A stretch of 64,000 nucleotides of DNA. Origin: Macrostomum hystrix (taxonomy: Eukaryota > Animalia > Platyhelminthes). The notes beneath the pieces are model-generated. The model made no database searches. It was not told the origin of the DNA and saw only the letters and a list, made by a program, of their open reading frames with translations. Below are positions 1 to 12,688 of this stretch, piece after piece. A program made the position numbers and the translations under genes. Numbering within the stretch: the stretch's first letter is position 1; each line of letters begins with the position of its first letter. The stretch spans positions 1,922,001 through 1,986,000 of the forward strand of contig CATNEN010000034.1 of assembly GCA_950097015.1 (NCBI GenBank), read 5' to 3'.

Positions 1-639
1 AATAGCATGTAGCTAGCTCATGATAGAGCCAGAATTAGGACGTGGGCATGAGCCGAATGTTAATCAGCACTTGCCAACCAAGCTGTCTGCTGTCCTGCCA
101 GCTAAGAGACTGGGCAAAACTGACTTTTTAGAGACCTTAGTCTTCCAGACCTTCCCCGTCCGTTCTTCCGCAGCTGGCTCTCACGCAAACAGAAATGCCC
201 CTTTTTCTACTTCCTCTCTGTCAATTTATCCTAATCGGGCCTCTTTAAAAAGACAACACGCCGTTATTGGATTCGAAGAAAGGATTTTTAAACAGAGACA
301 GCCGCCGCAGGAATGTGGAAAATTGTGGCTGGGGCAGCAGACGAAGACTGACTGTATGGCCTCCTCCCGGCGTGACAATATCTTCTAGACCCGTCCTCAG
401 AATCCGGCAGTAAATTGGTTTAGTAAACAACAGCGGGGACTGCATGCGAGAGCCGAGCGGAGTGGGTGCAGCGGAGTCTGGGAGACACGAGGAGGATGGG
501 GGAGTAGAATATGGACTATAGAAGACTGAGAGGCCAGCTGGAAGAGGGGATCCAGGAATGGGTGGGTTGTATAGGAGGGCGAGATTGAGGCGAGCCGGAG
601 ACAGGCGGTGCAGATGACGCTGTCCCCAACTTCCTTCCT

Positions 640-762
640 TTCTTTCTTCCCCTTCCCCATCTTCCCAAAGCTTTGCTTGTCGAGCCGGTAAAGTGCAGAA
701 GACTTCCGTAGCGGCTGTGTCCACCGTCCGCCATAATCTCTGCTCTCCACCCGTGTGCCCTC
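640..762 (-). CDS. Candidate downstream exon of the SRCIN1/KIAA1217-like gene (3' boundary uncertain)
   Basis: Acceptor tacacag| at 763-765, phase 0, fits the phase-0 end of exon 2027-2229. Open frame EGTRVESRDYGGRWTQPLRKSSALYRLDKQSF. No clear donor found, so the start coordinate is approximate. Confidence 0.3.
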
Positions 763-1354
763 CTGTGTACCTCGGGGCGAAAAACTATTTCTTTCTTGTC
801 TTCAATATCTGCAGCTGAATCGGAGCGTTGGCCCGTAAAACAACTGTCTATTTCTACAGAATATTTATATCACTCGATTTGTCTCTAGCAATTTGCGGAC
901 AATCTTTCCCATGACGCAACTCTCGATACAGCCATGAGTCGATTTGGGATCTGGGTGGATGGAGTAGAAATGTTATAACCGGGTGAAATCTGATCGACAC
1001 TAAAAGCCAGGGACATGATTTTAAGTGGTGGAGTCATAAAAATGGGGAACAGGGATATCAAGTAGCATAAATCCCTGAATATGAGGCAAGCATTTTAACC
1101 GTCCATCACTTGACGATCGAACTTCATGAACCCAGATTTAGCATGCAAGTTATAGAAAGCCTATACTCGTAGTATCTCAAAACAACACAATGTGCATAGA
1201 TTTTCATAGAGGATGGGCTTAAAGACATTGTAAAGCATAAGCTTGGAAATCAGCAAAGAAGGCCATCGACTTCCTTTCAGACCAATAAAGCATTGATTGA
1301 GTATTCGCTTCGAACGCTTCATTGAGCGCAGTTTGTAAATAATCGCTATTATAG

Positions 1355-1939
1355 ATAACAGCTGGCTGATAAAGCGAGAGGCAGCATCAACCCAGGGTCA
1401 GGACTAGCCCAGTGTACATAACAGCTGGCCGATAAAGCGAGAGGCAGCATCAACCCAGGGTTAGGACTAGCCCAGTGTACATAACAGCTGGCTGATAAAG
1501 CGAGAAGCAGCATCAAACCAGGGTCAGGACTAGCCCAGTGTACATAACAACTGGCCGATAAAGCGAGAGGCAGCATCAACCCAGGGTCAGGACTAGCCCA
1601 GTGTACATAACAACTGGCCGATAAAGCGAGAGGCAGCATCAATCCAGGGTCAGGACTAGCCCAGTGTACATAACAACTGGCCGATAAAGCGAGAGGCAGC
1701 ATCAACCCAGGGTTAGGACTAGCCCAGTGTACATAACAGCTGGCCGATAAAGCGAGAGGCAGCATCAACCCAGGGTCAGGACTAGCCCAGTGTACATAAC
1801 AACTGGCCGATAAAGCGAGAAGCAGCACCAACCCAGGGTCAGGACTAGCCCAGTGTACATAACAACTGGCCGATAAAGCGAGAGGCAGCATCAATCCAGG
1901 GTCAGGACTAGCCCAGTGTACATAACAGCTGGCTGATAA
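1355..1939. repeat. 63-bp minisatellite, ~9.3 copies (intronic)
   Basis: Unit ataacagctggccgataaagcgagaggcagcatcaacccagggtcaggactagcccagtgtac recurs at 1355, 1418 ... 1922. Confidence 0.95.
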
Positions 1940-2026
1940 CGAGATAGGCAGCGTCATCCACTTAAGTAAGGTAGGGAAGGAAGTACACAAGGATGTACAG
2001 GTAAACATAGAAGACGCGACCCTCAC

Positions 2027-2229
2027 CGCGATCCGCAGCCGCCGCTCCGCGAACATGTCATTAACGGCGCGAACTCCGGCACTGTGCTCAGATCTGAGTA
2101 ATTGAAAGTCTCGCCGTAGTCGAACAGCTTCGGCGCGCACTTTTCTCAACCCGTCGACCAGCTGAGGACTAGGTCGCTGCTGCCGATGTCCCTGCGCAGC
2201 CCCGATGCAGGACTGGTCCGAGCTCGTGG
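2027..2229 (-). CDS. Exon of SRCIN1/KIAA1217-like gene (coiled-coil segment)
   Basis: Pyrimidine-rich acceptor ...gaccctcag|, donor |gtgagg, 203 nt, phase 1 to 0, joins exon 3356-3528 in frame. Peptide ...PQLVDGLRKVRAEAVRLRRDFQLLRSEHSAGVRAVNDMFAERRLRIA has heptad character. Confidence 0.65.
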
Positions 2230-3355
2230 CTGAGGGTCCCGAGTTGGGTAAAGAGGACGAGAGGGCGCGAGAGAATATTGAGAACTATATTTAACTGAGC
2301 TGTCTTTAATTTTGCATGAGTATTTATAATCGGGGCTTGTTGGGAGGGGCATAACGCACAGGATGAACGCTTAAGCTTCATCACAACGAATAAAGCTAAA
2401 ACACACGACTTGGCTAGAAACGAAAGATTCCCATAGGACCTATGCGATTGAATTAGAATGACAGTGCAGTATTCAGGCACTCCAGGCTAGCAGACTTGCT
2501 CTAAAAGGAAAGCCGATTGTAAGATGAGAAGATTTTTCAGTGCCGGACTCGACCTGCTTTTAGGGCCTCTCTAAATGCAGAGGTCTTGGCTTTGCGGCAC
2601 GCGAACTTTGATAGACTTCACGTAATACTAGCTAGCCCTGAGCACAATCGCGTGAAACAGGTATCGCCTTTATTCTGTGAAGCGGAAGATTAGGTGTGTG
2701 TATTTAGGTAATCGGTAAGGTATAAAGTATTCTACGAGCATATTTCTGTTGGGAGAGACGTATTTCTGTTAAATCTAGCGATTCGGCAAGTTGCTGGTCA
2801 AACTTTTCCAGTCACAAGAATTATAATAACATTTGCAGCGCTCGCGGTTTTCACTATCAATCTATCCTCTGCCCCACTTCCTCTTTCGATCTAGAAAGAA
2901 GAGGTAATGCAGAAGTGCAAAAGGGACAGAATGGAAGAACGAGGAATGAATGAAGATCTTCTGACACTCCGATCCGCATTCTCCACCCATACCGAAGTCG
3001 GCAACTGTCTGTCTGTCTGGCCGGTTGGCCCGGTGGTAGCACCGCGGTAACGTCGCATTCCAGACAGTCATATTCTATGTTAGAAACTGAATCGGGAGGA
3101 GGGCACCTCTCCTAGCAGGTGGCCGCTATTGCAGAGTCAATTTTGCAGTCGCCAATGCTTATTATAGGTGCAAATGAGAAGTACAGGTGCGAAGTTAGTA
3201 TGTTTCCTGGTCCACCTGAAGACTCGCGAATTCAGTCTAATCTGTACTTTATTTCTGCGCTTGCTTTTATGCAGCAAAATCCAGAGGTCTTAATCCTGAA
3301 ATCCTGAATAGCGGACTGCGCGGGGCCCGAGCCCGTGTTAGTCGAGAGTCCTTAC

Positions 3356-3528
3356 TGCTCTGGGCCGAGAATGCGCTATCTAAACTGCTATTACTCGGTG
3401 CGTTCGGCTTGACGGTGCCTGGCTTATGTTGAACATGCTGCTGCTGCTGTTGTTGCTGCTGCTGCATCGATTGCTGTATCCAGCTGGTTAGGTGAGCCAG
3501 TTGGGCTTCCATGGAAGCCATCCGAGTT
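3356..3528 (-). CDS. Exon of SRCIN1/KIAA1217-like gene (conserved RMxxMExQLAxLT motif)
   Basis: Acceptor cattttag|, donor |gtaagg, 173 nt, phase 2 to 1. TRMASMEAQLAHLTSWIQ resembles the RMxAMEKQIASLTGLVQ motif I recall from SRCIN1/KIAA1217. Confidence 0.75.
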
Positions 3529-3649
3529 CTAAAATGCAAAATTTAACACTAATATGTACGCGTAACACTTCGATGGCGAGTGTAAACACTGAGTGATCCA
3601 TTTTTAACCTAGCTACCATGAATGATAATTGAGTGAGGACTGGAAAGTG

Positions 3650-3897
3650 ACAGGCAGACAGGCAGACAATGTGACAGACGGAGAGTAACAGACGGACAGT
3701 GATAGACAGACGGTGTGACAGACGGACAGTGATAGACACACAGTGTGACAGACGGACAGTGTGACAGTCGGACAGTGTGACAGACGGACAGTGTGACAGT
3801 CGGACAGTGTGACAGTCGGACAGTGTGACAGTCGGACAGTGTGACAGACGGACAGTGTGACAGTGGGACAGTGGCACGGACAGTCATAGTCAGACAG
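3650..3897. repeat. 16-bp minisatellite (cggacagtgtgacagt/a)
   Basis: Visible 16-bp period, degenerating at both edges. Confidence 0.9.
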
Positions 3898-3993
3898 TTT
3901 ACTAGGTTGAGCTATTAAAATCTGGACGTCAAAAAGCTAGGTATGGTTTCTATCATTCAAGCTATTAAGATTAGCTGTTAAACTGTGTCTCAC

Positions 3994-4073
3994 ACTGCCG
4001 CAGCATCCGCTATGGCTTTGCTGTGAATTCTGGAGGGTTGTATCAACGCATCGGTCTGCCCCTGAGACTGCGA

Positions 4074-4131
<58 letters not shown>

Positions 4132-4225
4132 ACAGGTAGCTGCTGCTGATGCATCATTAGTATGCTCAGCAGTTCCTGGGGCAAGGCTCGGCTGCTTCTG
4201 GCATAGTGCTGAGCCTCGCTTATCG
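3994..4225 (-). CDS. Exon of SRCIN1/KIAA1217-like gene (poly-Pro)
   Basis: Acceptor ggacag|, donor |gtgaga, 232 nt, phase 1 to 2, consistent with both neighbours. Encodes AISEAQHYARSSRALPQELL...poly-P...; the (GGC)n tract at ~4072-4130 is coding. Confidence 0.7.
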
Positions 4226-4239
4226 CTGTCCGCGGGTTT

Positions 4240-4408
4240 TAGAGGGCGCAGGTACTTGTGAGAAACAGGCCGACCGCGGGTGTTACAGGGCGCAGGTACT
4301 TGTGAGAAACAGGCCGACCGCGGGTGTTAGAGGGCGCAGGTACTTGTGAGAAACAGGCCGACCGCGGGTGTTAGAGGGCGCAGGTACTTGTGAGAAACAG
4401 GCCGACCA
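4240..4408. repeat. 44-bp minisatellite, ~4 copies
   Basis: agaaacaggccgacc at 4261, 4305, 4349 and 4393. Confidence 0.9.
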
Positions 4409-4887
4409 CAGCTCTCGCGGTCACATCCAGCTGTGTGCCTGCCATACCGCCTAAACCAGCCCTTAGTTTGCACTTTCTGTCATGTTCCTCTGGCTCGCTT
4501 GCCGTTTGTGAAAGGCCGCCAGAGGAATGCGGCCCCAGCCCTCAGATGAAATCCCTATTCTTCCCCTCTCTATCCCGCCTCTCCCACTCTCTCTATTTTC
4601 TGCTGAAGACTTTATCGGCGCCTCTGGTTCTGAAAGACGCATCTCCAACGCGGAAATAACAGTGTAAAAGACCTCTCTACCCAAACTCGCCATATCGCCC
4701 TCTCGCCCTTTTAAGTGCAAGTGACAAGCAGTCATTTCGTAGTACCCCTCGTAGGCATTTAAATTTCCTTTCCTGTTTCAGTTGCGATGCAAATTACGTA
4801 ATTACCCAAAAATTACATGAAAGAGAACACTTTTAAAACAATGAAACTTTGGATGATAAGACTTGATGGTAACGAGTCGGTTCCATC

Positions 4888-7480
4888 GATTCCAGCTGCG
4901 GTTCTATTCGTAACTATGATTTCAGCTGTGATTCTATTCGTAACTACGATTCTAGCTGCGATTCTATTCGTAACTACGATTCCAGCTGCGATTCTATTCG
5001 TAACTACGATTCCAGCTGCGGTTCTATTCGTAACTACGATTCTAGCTGCGATTCCATTCGTAACTACGATTCTAGCTGCGATTACATTCGTAACTACGAT
5101 TCCAGCTGCGATTCAATTCGTAACTACGATTCCAGCTGCGATTCTATTCGTAACTACGATTCCAGCTGCGATTCCATTCGTAACTACGATTTTAGCTGTG
5201 ATTCTTTTCGTAACTACGATTCCAGCTGCGATTCTATTCGTAACTATGATTCCAGCTGCGATTCCATTCGTAACTATGATTCCAGCTGCGATTCCATTCG
5301 TAACTACGATTCTAGCTGCGATTCTATTCGTAACTACGATTCCAGCTGCGATTCCATTCGTAACTACGATTTTAGCTGTGATTCTTTTCGTAACTACGAT
5401 TCCAGCTGCGATTCTATTCGTAACTATGATTCCAGCTGCGATTCCATTCGTAACTATGATTCCAGCTGCGATTCCATTCGTAACTACGATTCTAGCTGCG
5501 ATTCTATTCGTAACTACGATTCCAGCTGCGATTCCATTCGTAACTATGATTCCAGCTGCGATTCCATTCGTAACGATGATTCCAGCTGCGATTCCATTCG
5601 TAACTACGATTCCATTCGTAACTACGATTCCAGCTGCGATTCAATTCGTAACTACGATTCCAGCTGCGATTCTGTTTGTAACTACGATTCCAGCTGCGAT
5701 TCTATTCGTAACTATGATTCCAGCTGCGATTCCATTCGTAACTATGATTCCAGCTGCGATTCCAATCGTAACTACGATTCCAGCTGCGATTCTGTTTGTA
5801 ACTACGATTCCAGCTGCGATTCTATTCGTAACTACGATTCCAGCTGTGATTCCATTCGTAACTACGATTCCAGCTGCGATTCCAATCGTAACTACGATTC
5901 CAGCTGCGATTCTGTTTGTAACTACGATTCCAGCTGCGATTCTATTCGTAACTATGATTCCAGCTGCGATTCAATTCGTAACTACGATTCCAGCTGCGAT
6001 TCCAATCGTAACTACGATTCCAGCTGCGATTCTATTCGTAACTACGATTCCAGCTGCGATTCCATTCGTAACTACGATTTTAGCTGTGATTCTTTTCGTA
6101 ACTACGATTCCAGCTGCGATTCTATTCGTAACTATGATTCCAGCTGCGATTCCATTCGTAACTACGATTCTAGCTGCGATTACATTCGTAACTACGATTC
6201 CAGCTGCGATTCAATTCGTAACTACGATTCCAGCTGCGATTCTATTCGTAACTACGATTCCAGCTGCGATTCCATTCGTAACTACGATTTTAGCTGTGAT
6301 TCTTTTCGTAACTACGATTCCAGCTGCGATTCTATTCGTAACTATGATTCCAGCTGCGATTCAATTCGTAACTACGATTCCAGCTGCGATTCCAATCGTA
6401 ACTACGATTCCAGCTGCGATTCTATTCGTAACTACGATTCCAGCTGCGATTCCATTCGTAACTACGATTTTAGCTGTGATTCTTTTCGTAACTACGATTC
6501 CAGCTGCGATTCTATTCGTAACTATGATTCCAGCTGCGATTCCATTCGTAACTATGATTCCAGCTGCGATTCCATTCGTAACTACGATTCTAGCTGCGAT
6601 TCTATTCGTAACTACGATTCCAGCTGCGATTCCATTCGTAACTATGATTCCAGCTGCGATTCCATTCGTAACGATGATTCCAGCTGCGATTCCATTCGTA
6701 ACTACGATTCCATTCGTAACTACGATTCCAGCTGCGATTCAATTCGTAACTACGATTCCAGCTGCGATTCTGTTTGTAACTACGATTCCAGCTGCGATTC
6801 TATTCGTAACTATGATTCCAGCTGCGATTCCATTCGTAACTATGATTCCAGCTGCGATTCCAATCGTAACTACGATTCCAGCTGCGATTCTGTTTGTAAC
6901 TACGATTCCAGCTGCGATTCTATTCGTAACTACGATTCCAGCTGTGATTCCATTCGTAACTACGATTCCAGCTGCGATTCCAATCGTAACTACGATTCCA
7001 GCTGCGATTCTGTTTGTAACTACGATTCCAGCTGCGATTCTATTCGTAACTATGATTCCAGCTGCGATTCCATTCGTAACTACGATTCCAGCTGCGATTC
7101 CAATCGTAACTACGATTCCAGCTGCGATTCTGTTTGTAACTACGATTCCAGCTGCGATTCTATTCGTAACTACGATTCCAGCTGCGGTTCTATTCGTAAC
7201 TACGATTCTAGCTGCGATTCCATTCGTAACTACGATTCTAGCTGCGATTACATTCGTAACTACGATTCCAGCTGCGATTCAATTCGTAACTACGATTCCA
7301 GCTGCGATTCTATTCGTAACTACGATTCCAGCTGCGATTCTATATGTATCTATGATTCTTTTCGTAACTACGATTCCAGCTGCGATTCTATTTGTAACTA
7401 CGATTCCAGCTGCGATTCCATTCGTAACTACGATTCTAGCTGCGATTCCATTCGTAACTACGGCTACAGCTGCGATTCTA
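4888..7480. repeat. 30-bp minisatellite, ~86 copies (intronic)
   Basis: Unit gattccagctgcgattctattcgtaactac. Produces the spurious 1023-aa + strand ORF. Confidence 0.97.
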
Positions 7481-7575
7481 GCAACAGTTCTAACTGATGT
7501 TACGGTGACACTTCGTGAATCTATTCAAGTTTTCAGATGTCAAATCGCAATAGAAATGATGTACTCATCGCTCAC

Positions 7576-7747
7576 CTTGATGCACTTCAGGTGGACAAGT
7601 GCAAACCAGTTCCTGCTGATGAATGCTGTGCTGGATCTGATGCTGGTACTGCTGCTGGCTATGATACAGGTGCTGGTACTGCTGCTGCTGCTGTTGCGGT
7701 TGCTGCTGCTGCTGCTGCTGTGGCGGCTGGCTGTGATGATTGCGGCG
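7576..7747 (-). CDS. Exon of SRCIN1/KIAA1217-like gene (Gln-rich)
   Basis: Acceptor atgcag|, donor |gtgagc, 172 nt, phase 0 to 1, matching both flanking exons. RRNHHSQPPQQQQ...VHQ. Confidence 0.65.
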
Positions 7748-8563
7748 CTGCATTGCGACAAATCGTGTCTGAATATAAATAATAGTGTTTTCGGATTCTT
7801 CAATCTAGCTTATTGTATAACAAGGCCTCAGCTCCGCAAACTGTTGTCTGCGCTATATGAAACCCGCCTAATGTATTCGGCCATTTAAACCAGGCGAGAC
7901 AAATGCAGACAAACGCCACAGCCAATGGGACCGGGCGGCGGAGGGGTGGGGGTAGCGAGAAGGCATCCCGCACTGCTGCTGCCAACTGCAGCACTGGGGT
8001 ATGAGAGGGAGTTAGTGGGGCCAGATTTGGCAAGCTTTCAATTTGAGCGGGATTTCGGATTTTTCTTCCCATCTCGGTGCTGGCCCCCAACTTAGAACCA
8101 CATTGGGGGGGGGCATTCTCAGGGTGTGGACAGGCCTTCTCTGGAGTCTCTTCGTCACGCAGAGACGAAGTTCCCAGAAGGACTCCACGCTGCTCGTCTC
8201 CCTCACCGCTTTTGGGCGAATTCCAAGCTTATTTTTTTGGGAGAAGTTCCGCGCAGAGTCCTCGATCTCCTAGGAGAAGAAGTTTCTTAGGCACAGCTAA
8301 TTATAGTGACCAGTGAGCCTCATTGCTAGTTCAATACGGGAGGTCCCGGGCGGCACAGACAAGTGGGTCTGAGTGGCCTAGTTGCTGAAGCACTTGCTAA
8401 AGTGCTTTGAACCCAAACTGACGGACAGAAATGTGTACTAGTTCACAAACACATGAACAATTTCATATGCGATGTCACCATATAAAAACCGATTGACTCA
8501 TTTTCCTGAATAATACACAGCTTTTGGTAAAATTCTGAATAAATGGTTATAGTTCAAAAATGG

Positions 8564-9695
8564 CTGCTGCGGTTCTAGATACAGCTCCTGCTGCGATTCT
8601 AGATTTATTTCCTGCTGCGATATTTATATCCTGCTGCGATTCTAGATATATATCCTGCTGCGATTCTAGATATATATCCTGCTGCGATTCTAGATATATA
8701 TCCTGCTGCGATTCTAGATATATATCCTGCTGCGATTCTAGATATATATCCTGCTGCGATTCTAGATATATATCCTGCTGCGATTCTAGATATATATCCT
8801 GCTGCGATTCTAGATATATATCCTGCTGCGATTCTAGATATATATCCTGCTGCGATTCTAGATATATATCCTGCTGCGATATTTATATCCTGCTGCGATT
8901 CTAGATATATATCCTGCTGCGATTCTAGATATATATCCTGCTGCGATTCTAGATATATATCCTGCTGCGATTCTAGATATATATCCTGCTGCGATTCTAG
9001 ATATATATCCTGCTGCGATTCTAGATATATATCCTGCTGCGATTCTAGATATATATCCTGCTGCGATTCTAGATATATATCCTGCTGCGATTCTAGATAT
9101 ATATCCTGCTGCGATTCTAGATATATATCCTGCTGCGATTCTAGATATATATCCTGCTGCGATTCTAGATATATATCCTGCTGCGATTCTAAATACAGCT
9201 CCTGCTACGATTCTAGATATATACGAGCCGTATCCTGCTGGGATTCTAGATACAGCTCCTGCTGCGATTCTAGATATATACCCTGCTGCGATTCTAGATA
9301 TATATCCTGCTGCGATTCTAGATATATATCCTGCTGCGATTCTAGATATATATCCTGCTGCGATTCTAGATATATATCCTGCTGCGATTCTAGATATATA
9401 TCCTGCTGCGATTCTAGATATATATCCTGCTGCGATTCTAGATATATATCCTGCTGCGATTCTAGATATATATCCTGCTGCGATTCTAGATATATATCCT
9501 GCTGCTATTCTAGATATATATCCTGCTGCGATTCTAGATATATATCCTGCTGCGATTCTAGATACAGCTCCTGCTGCGATTCTAGATATATACGAGCCGT
9601 ATCCTGCTACGATTCTAGATATATACGAGCCGTATCCTGCTGGGATTCTAGATACAGCTCCTGCTGCGATTCTAGATACAGCTCCTAATGCGATT
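8564..9695. repeat. 24-bp minisatellite, ~46 copies
   Basis: Unit gattctagatatatatcctgctgc, with variant units at the edges and around 9190-9270 and 9560-9690. Confidence 0.97.
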
Positions 9696-9737
9696 ATAGC
9701 TATCAGCTACAGCGATTAAGTAAATAGTTTGATTAAC

Positions 9738-10011
9738 CTGAACGGCGGCGCTCAGCCCTGATCTGCCGCGCCTGTCAGCGGCGCTGATCTGGTCCACCTC
9801 GCTGTCGCTGAAGCAGCCGCTGGTGTCACGAGAGTTGCCTCCGCCGACGCAAGCGTTGGAAGCGGAGGTCGCGGCCACGGCAGCCGGAGCGGCCAATCTG
9901 GTGGAACAGCCCTCCAAGGTTGAGGCGGACCTGGAACCGCGCAGCTGCACCTGCGTCGGCGCCTGACCGTTTGGCTCCTGCAGCTTCAGCACCGCGTGCG
10001 CTCGGACGTCC
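9738..10011 (-). CDS. Exon of SRCIN1/KIAA1217-like gene (end of AIP3 domain)
   Basis: Acceptor cactcag|. Splicing from exon 12487-12688 gives LEDVR-DVRAHAVLKLQE, matching the family LEDLRDIxDRSVLxxxE pattern. The donor |gttaat is weak, but 274 nt keeps phase. Confidence 0.75.
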
Positions 10012-10032
10012 CTGAGTGCGGCATTCGGTATT

Positions 10033-10689
10033 CACAGGTGAGCAATGGATCTGACAGGTGAGCAATGGATGTGACAGGTGAGCAATGGATGTGACAGGTG
10101 AGCAATGGATGTGACAGGTGAGCAATGGATGTGACAGGTGAGCAATGGATGCGACAGGTGAGCAGTGGATGTGACAGGTGAGCAATGGATGTGACAGGTG
10201 AGCAATGGATGTGACAGGTGAGCAATGGATGTGACAGGTGAGCAATGGATGTGACAGGTGAGCAATGGATGTGACAGGTGAGCAATGGATGTGACAGGTG
10301 AGCAATGGATGTGACAGGTGAGCAATGGATGTGACAGGTGAGCAATGGATGTGACAGGTGAGCAATGGATGTGACAGGTGAGCAATGGATGTGACAGGTG
10401 AGCAATGGATGTGACAGGTGAGCAATGGATGTGACAGGTGAGCAATGGATGTGACAGGTGAGCAATGGATGTGACAGGTGAGTAATGGATGTGACAGGTG
10501 AGCAATGGATGTGACAGGTGAGCAATGGATGTGACAGGTGAGCAATGGATGTGACAGGTGAGCAATGGATGTGACAGGTGAGCAATGGATGTGACAGGTG
10601 AGTAATGGATGTGACAGGTGAGTAATGGATGTGACAGGTGAGCAATGGATGTGACAGGTGAGTAATGGATGTGACAGGTGAGTAATGGC
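10033..10689. repeat. 20-bp minisatellite, ~33 copies
   Basis: Unit gtgacaggtgagcaatggat. Confidence 0.97.
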
Positions 10690-10693
10690 TGAT

Positions 10694-10759
10694 GGGGGAG
10701 CAATTCCCCCACCCTTGGTATAAAACGGGGGCAAAATGGCTTTGTAGTCCTACTGTTAA
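10694..10759 (+). mobile_element. Fragment of a TTAA-flanked MITE family (partner at 56990-57576)
   Basis: tataaaacgggggcaaaatggctttgtagtcctactgttaa closely matches the reverse complement of ~56986-57027. The preceding ggggg...attccccc..ccttggta matches 57540-57567. Confidence 0.6.
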
Positions 10760-11289
10760 GCCATTACCCGTCTAATTCCGTGACATTTGACGGAAAATTC
10801 GTACACCGTGTTGTCTCAGTTGCTTTAAGCTTGTCCTTTTATATTCTTCCTTCTTCTGGGATGAAACAGTCGGAGGACTGACTGGAGTAGCAATCGCCGA
10901 TTATCCCTTGAGCTCTTGGGCTGATAATTCCCCTCCGTCTACTAGAGTTTCGAGCTCAGGCTTCCACTATCAGATCCTCCGCTCTCCAGGTCCCGCTAAC
11001 TCAATTTCATCAGTACTCGACCTTGAGGTTCTGAGCTGTCTCATCGTGATCTCTCTAGCTCTCACCGCCCGCTCACCTCCCATCTTTCAGCGCTTATCTC
11101 TACGACTTAGCGATGAGGAAGAAATCGATTCACGCGGCAGACTGACGGGCGAGTGTGAGATGAACTCGAGAGCCCAAAATGAGCTCCTTAGAAAGCCGAG
11201 CGACAAGGCATACATTTTGCATGCCTCGCTACTGAATATTTCTAATCATACCAGACAGTGAAAGTCAGTTATGGATGAAGCGTTTGTGG

Positions 11290-12448
11290 CGGGGGAATCC
11301 CAGAGGACTTCTCTGGTTGCTGATGGGGGAATCCAAGAAGTACTCTCTGGTTGCTGAAGGGGAATCCAAGAGGTCTTCTCTGGTTGCTGAAGGGGAATCC
11401 AAGAGGTCTTCTCTGGTTGCTGAAGGGGAATCCAAGAGGTCTTCTCTGGTTGCTGAAGGGGAATCCAAGAGGTCCTCTCTGGCTGAGATTGGGAAATCCA
11501 AGAGGTCCTCTCTGATTGCTGAATGGGGAATCCCAGATGTGTTCTCTGGTTGCTGATGTGGGAATCCAAGAGGTCCTCTCTGGTTGCTGATGTGGGAATC
11601 CAAGAGATCCTCTCTGGTTGTGATTGGGGAATCCCAGATGTGTTCTCTGGTTGCTGATGTGGGAATCCAAGAGGCCCTCTCTGGTTGTGATTGGGTAATC
11701 CAAGAGGTCATCTATGGTTGAGATAGGGAAATCCCAGAGGTCCTCTTTGGTTGAGATAGGGGAATTCCTGAGGTCCTCTCTGGTTGAGATAGGGAAATCC
11801 CAGAGGTCCTCTTTGGTTGAGATAGGGGAATTCCTGAGGTCCTCTCTGGTTGAGATAGGAGAATCCCAGGGGTCCTCTCTGGTTGAGATAGGAGAATCCC
11901 AGGGGTCCTCTCTGGTTGAGATAGAGGAATCCCAGGGGTTTATCTCTGGTTGAGATAGGGGAATCCCAGGGGTCCTCTCTGGTTGAGATAGGGGAATCCC
12001 AGGGGTCCTCTCTGGTTGAGATAGGGGAATTCCTGAGGTCCTCTCTGGTTGAGATAGGGAAATCCCAGAGGTCCTCTTTGGTTGAGATAGGGGAATTCCT
12101 GAGGTCCTCTCTGGTTGAGATAGGAGAATCCCAGGGGTCCTCTCTGGTTGAGATAGGAGAATCCCAGGGGTCCTCTCTGGTTGAGATAGAGGAATCCCAG
12201 GGGTTTATCTCTGGTTGAGATAGGGGAATCCCAGGGGTCCTCTCTGGTTGAGATAGGGGAATCCCAGGGGTCCTCTCTGGTTGAGATAGGGGAATCCCAG
12301 GGGTCCTCTCTGGTTGAGATAGGGGAATCCCAGGGGTCCTCTCTGGTTGAGATAGGGGAATCCCAGGGGTCCTCTCTGGTTGAGATAGAGGAATCCCAGA
12401 GGTCCTCTCTGGTACGTTTTAGTGGCTGGGGAATCCCAGAACTCCATA
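11290..12448. repeat. 33-bp minisatellite with two sequence subtypes
   Basis: Left part ctctggttgctgaaggggaatccaagaggtctt, right part ctctctggttgagataggggaatcccaggggtc. A multi-unit block at ~11780-11960 recurs at ~12050-12230. Confidence 0.95.
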
Positions 12449-12486
12449 ATGATAGGCAAGACTAGGATTTCCCTCAAATAACTCAC

Positions 12487-12688
12487 CTGACGTCCTCCAG
12501 CTTGTAGTAGGAATTCGAACCCTGGTCCAGCACGCAGACAGTGGCGCCCTCCAGCCGGTGCGCCCAGTCGGGCCCCAGACGCCTCGGGAAGGCCTTGGCG
12601 AACAGGCTGAGCACCTCAGCCTGACTGCTCGGCCTCTCGGCCAGGGCTAGACGGCGGATCTCGTCCCGGTAGATGAGGAAAATCACGC
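12487..12688 (-). CDS. Exon of SRCIN1/KIAA1217/CG32809-like gene, AIP3 (actin-interacting protein 3) domain core
   Basis: GVIFLIYRDEIRRLALAERPSSQAEVLSLFAKAFPRRL...VCVLDQGSNSYYKLEDVR matches, motif by motif, the family core GVLYLQYGDETK...TIRALFVSAFPQQL...IYIKD..RNVYYELxDVR (recalled, not searched). Donor |gtgagt, 202 nt, phase 1 to 2. Confidence 0.85.

Noticed and set aside
2993-3074. Candidate exon between 3356 and 2229
   Set aside because: It would end in phase 2 and break the frame, whereas exon 3356 joins exon 2229 directly in phase 1.
4817-7888. 1023-aa + strand ORF
   Set aside because: It is the stop-free frame of a 30-bp minisatellite, antisense to the host gene, and runs across a real minus-strand exon. 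There is no domain content.
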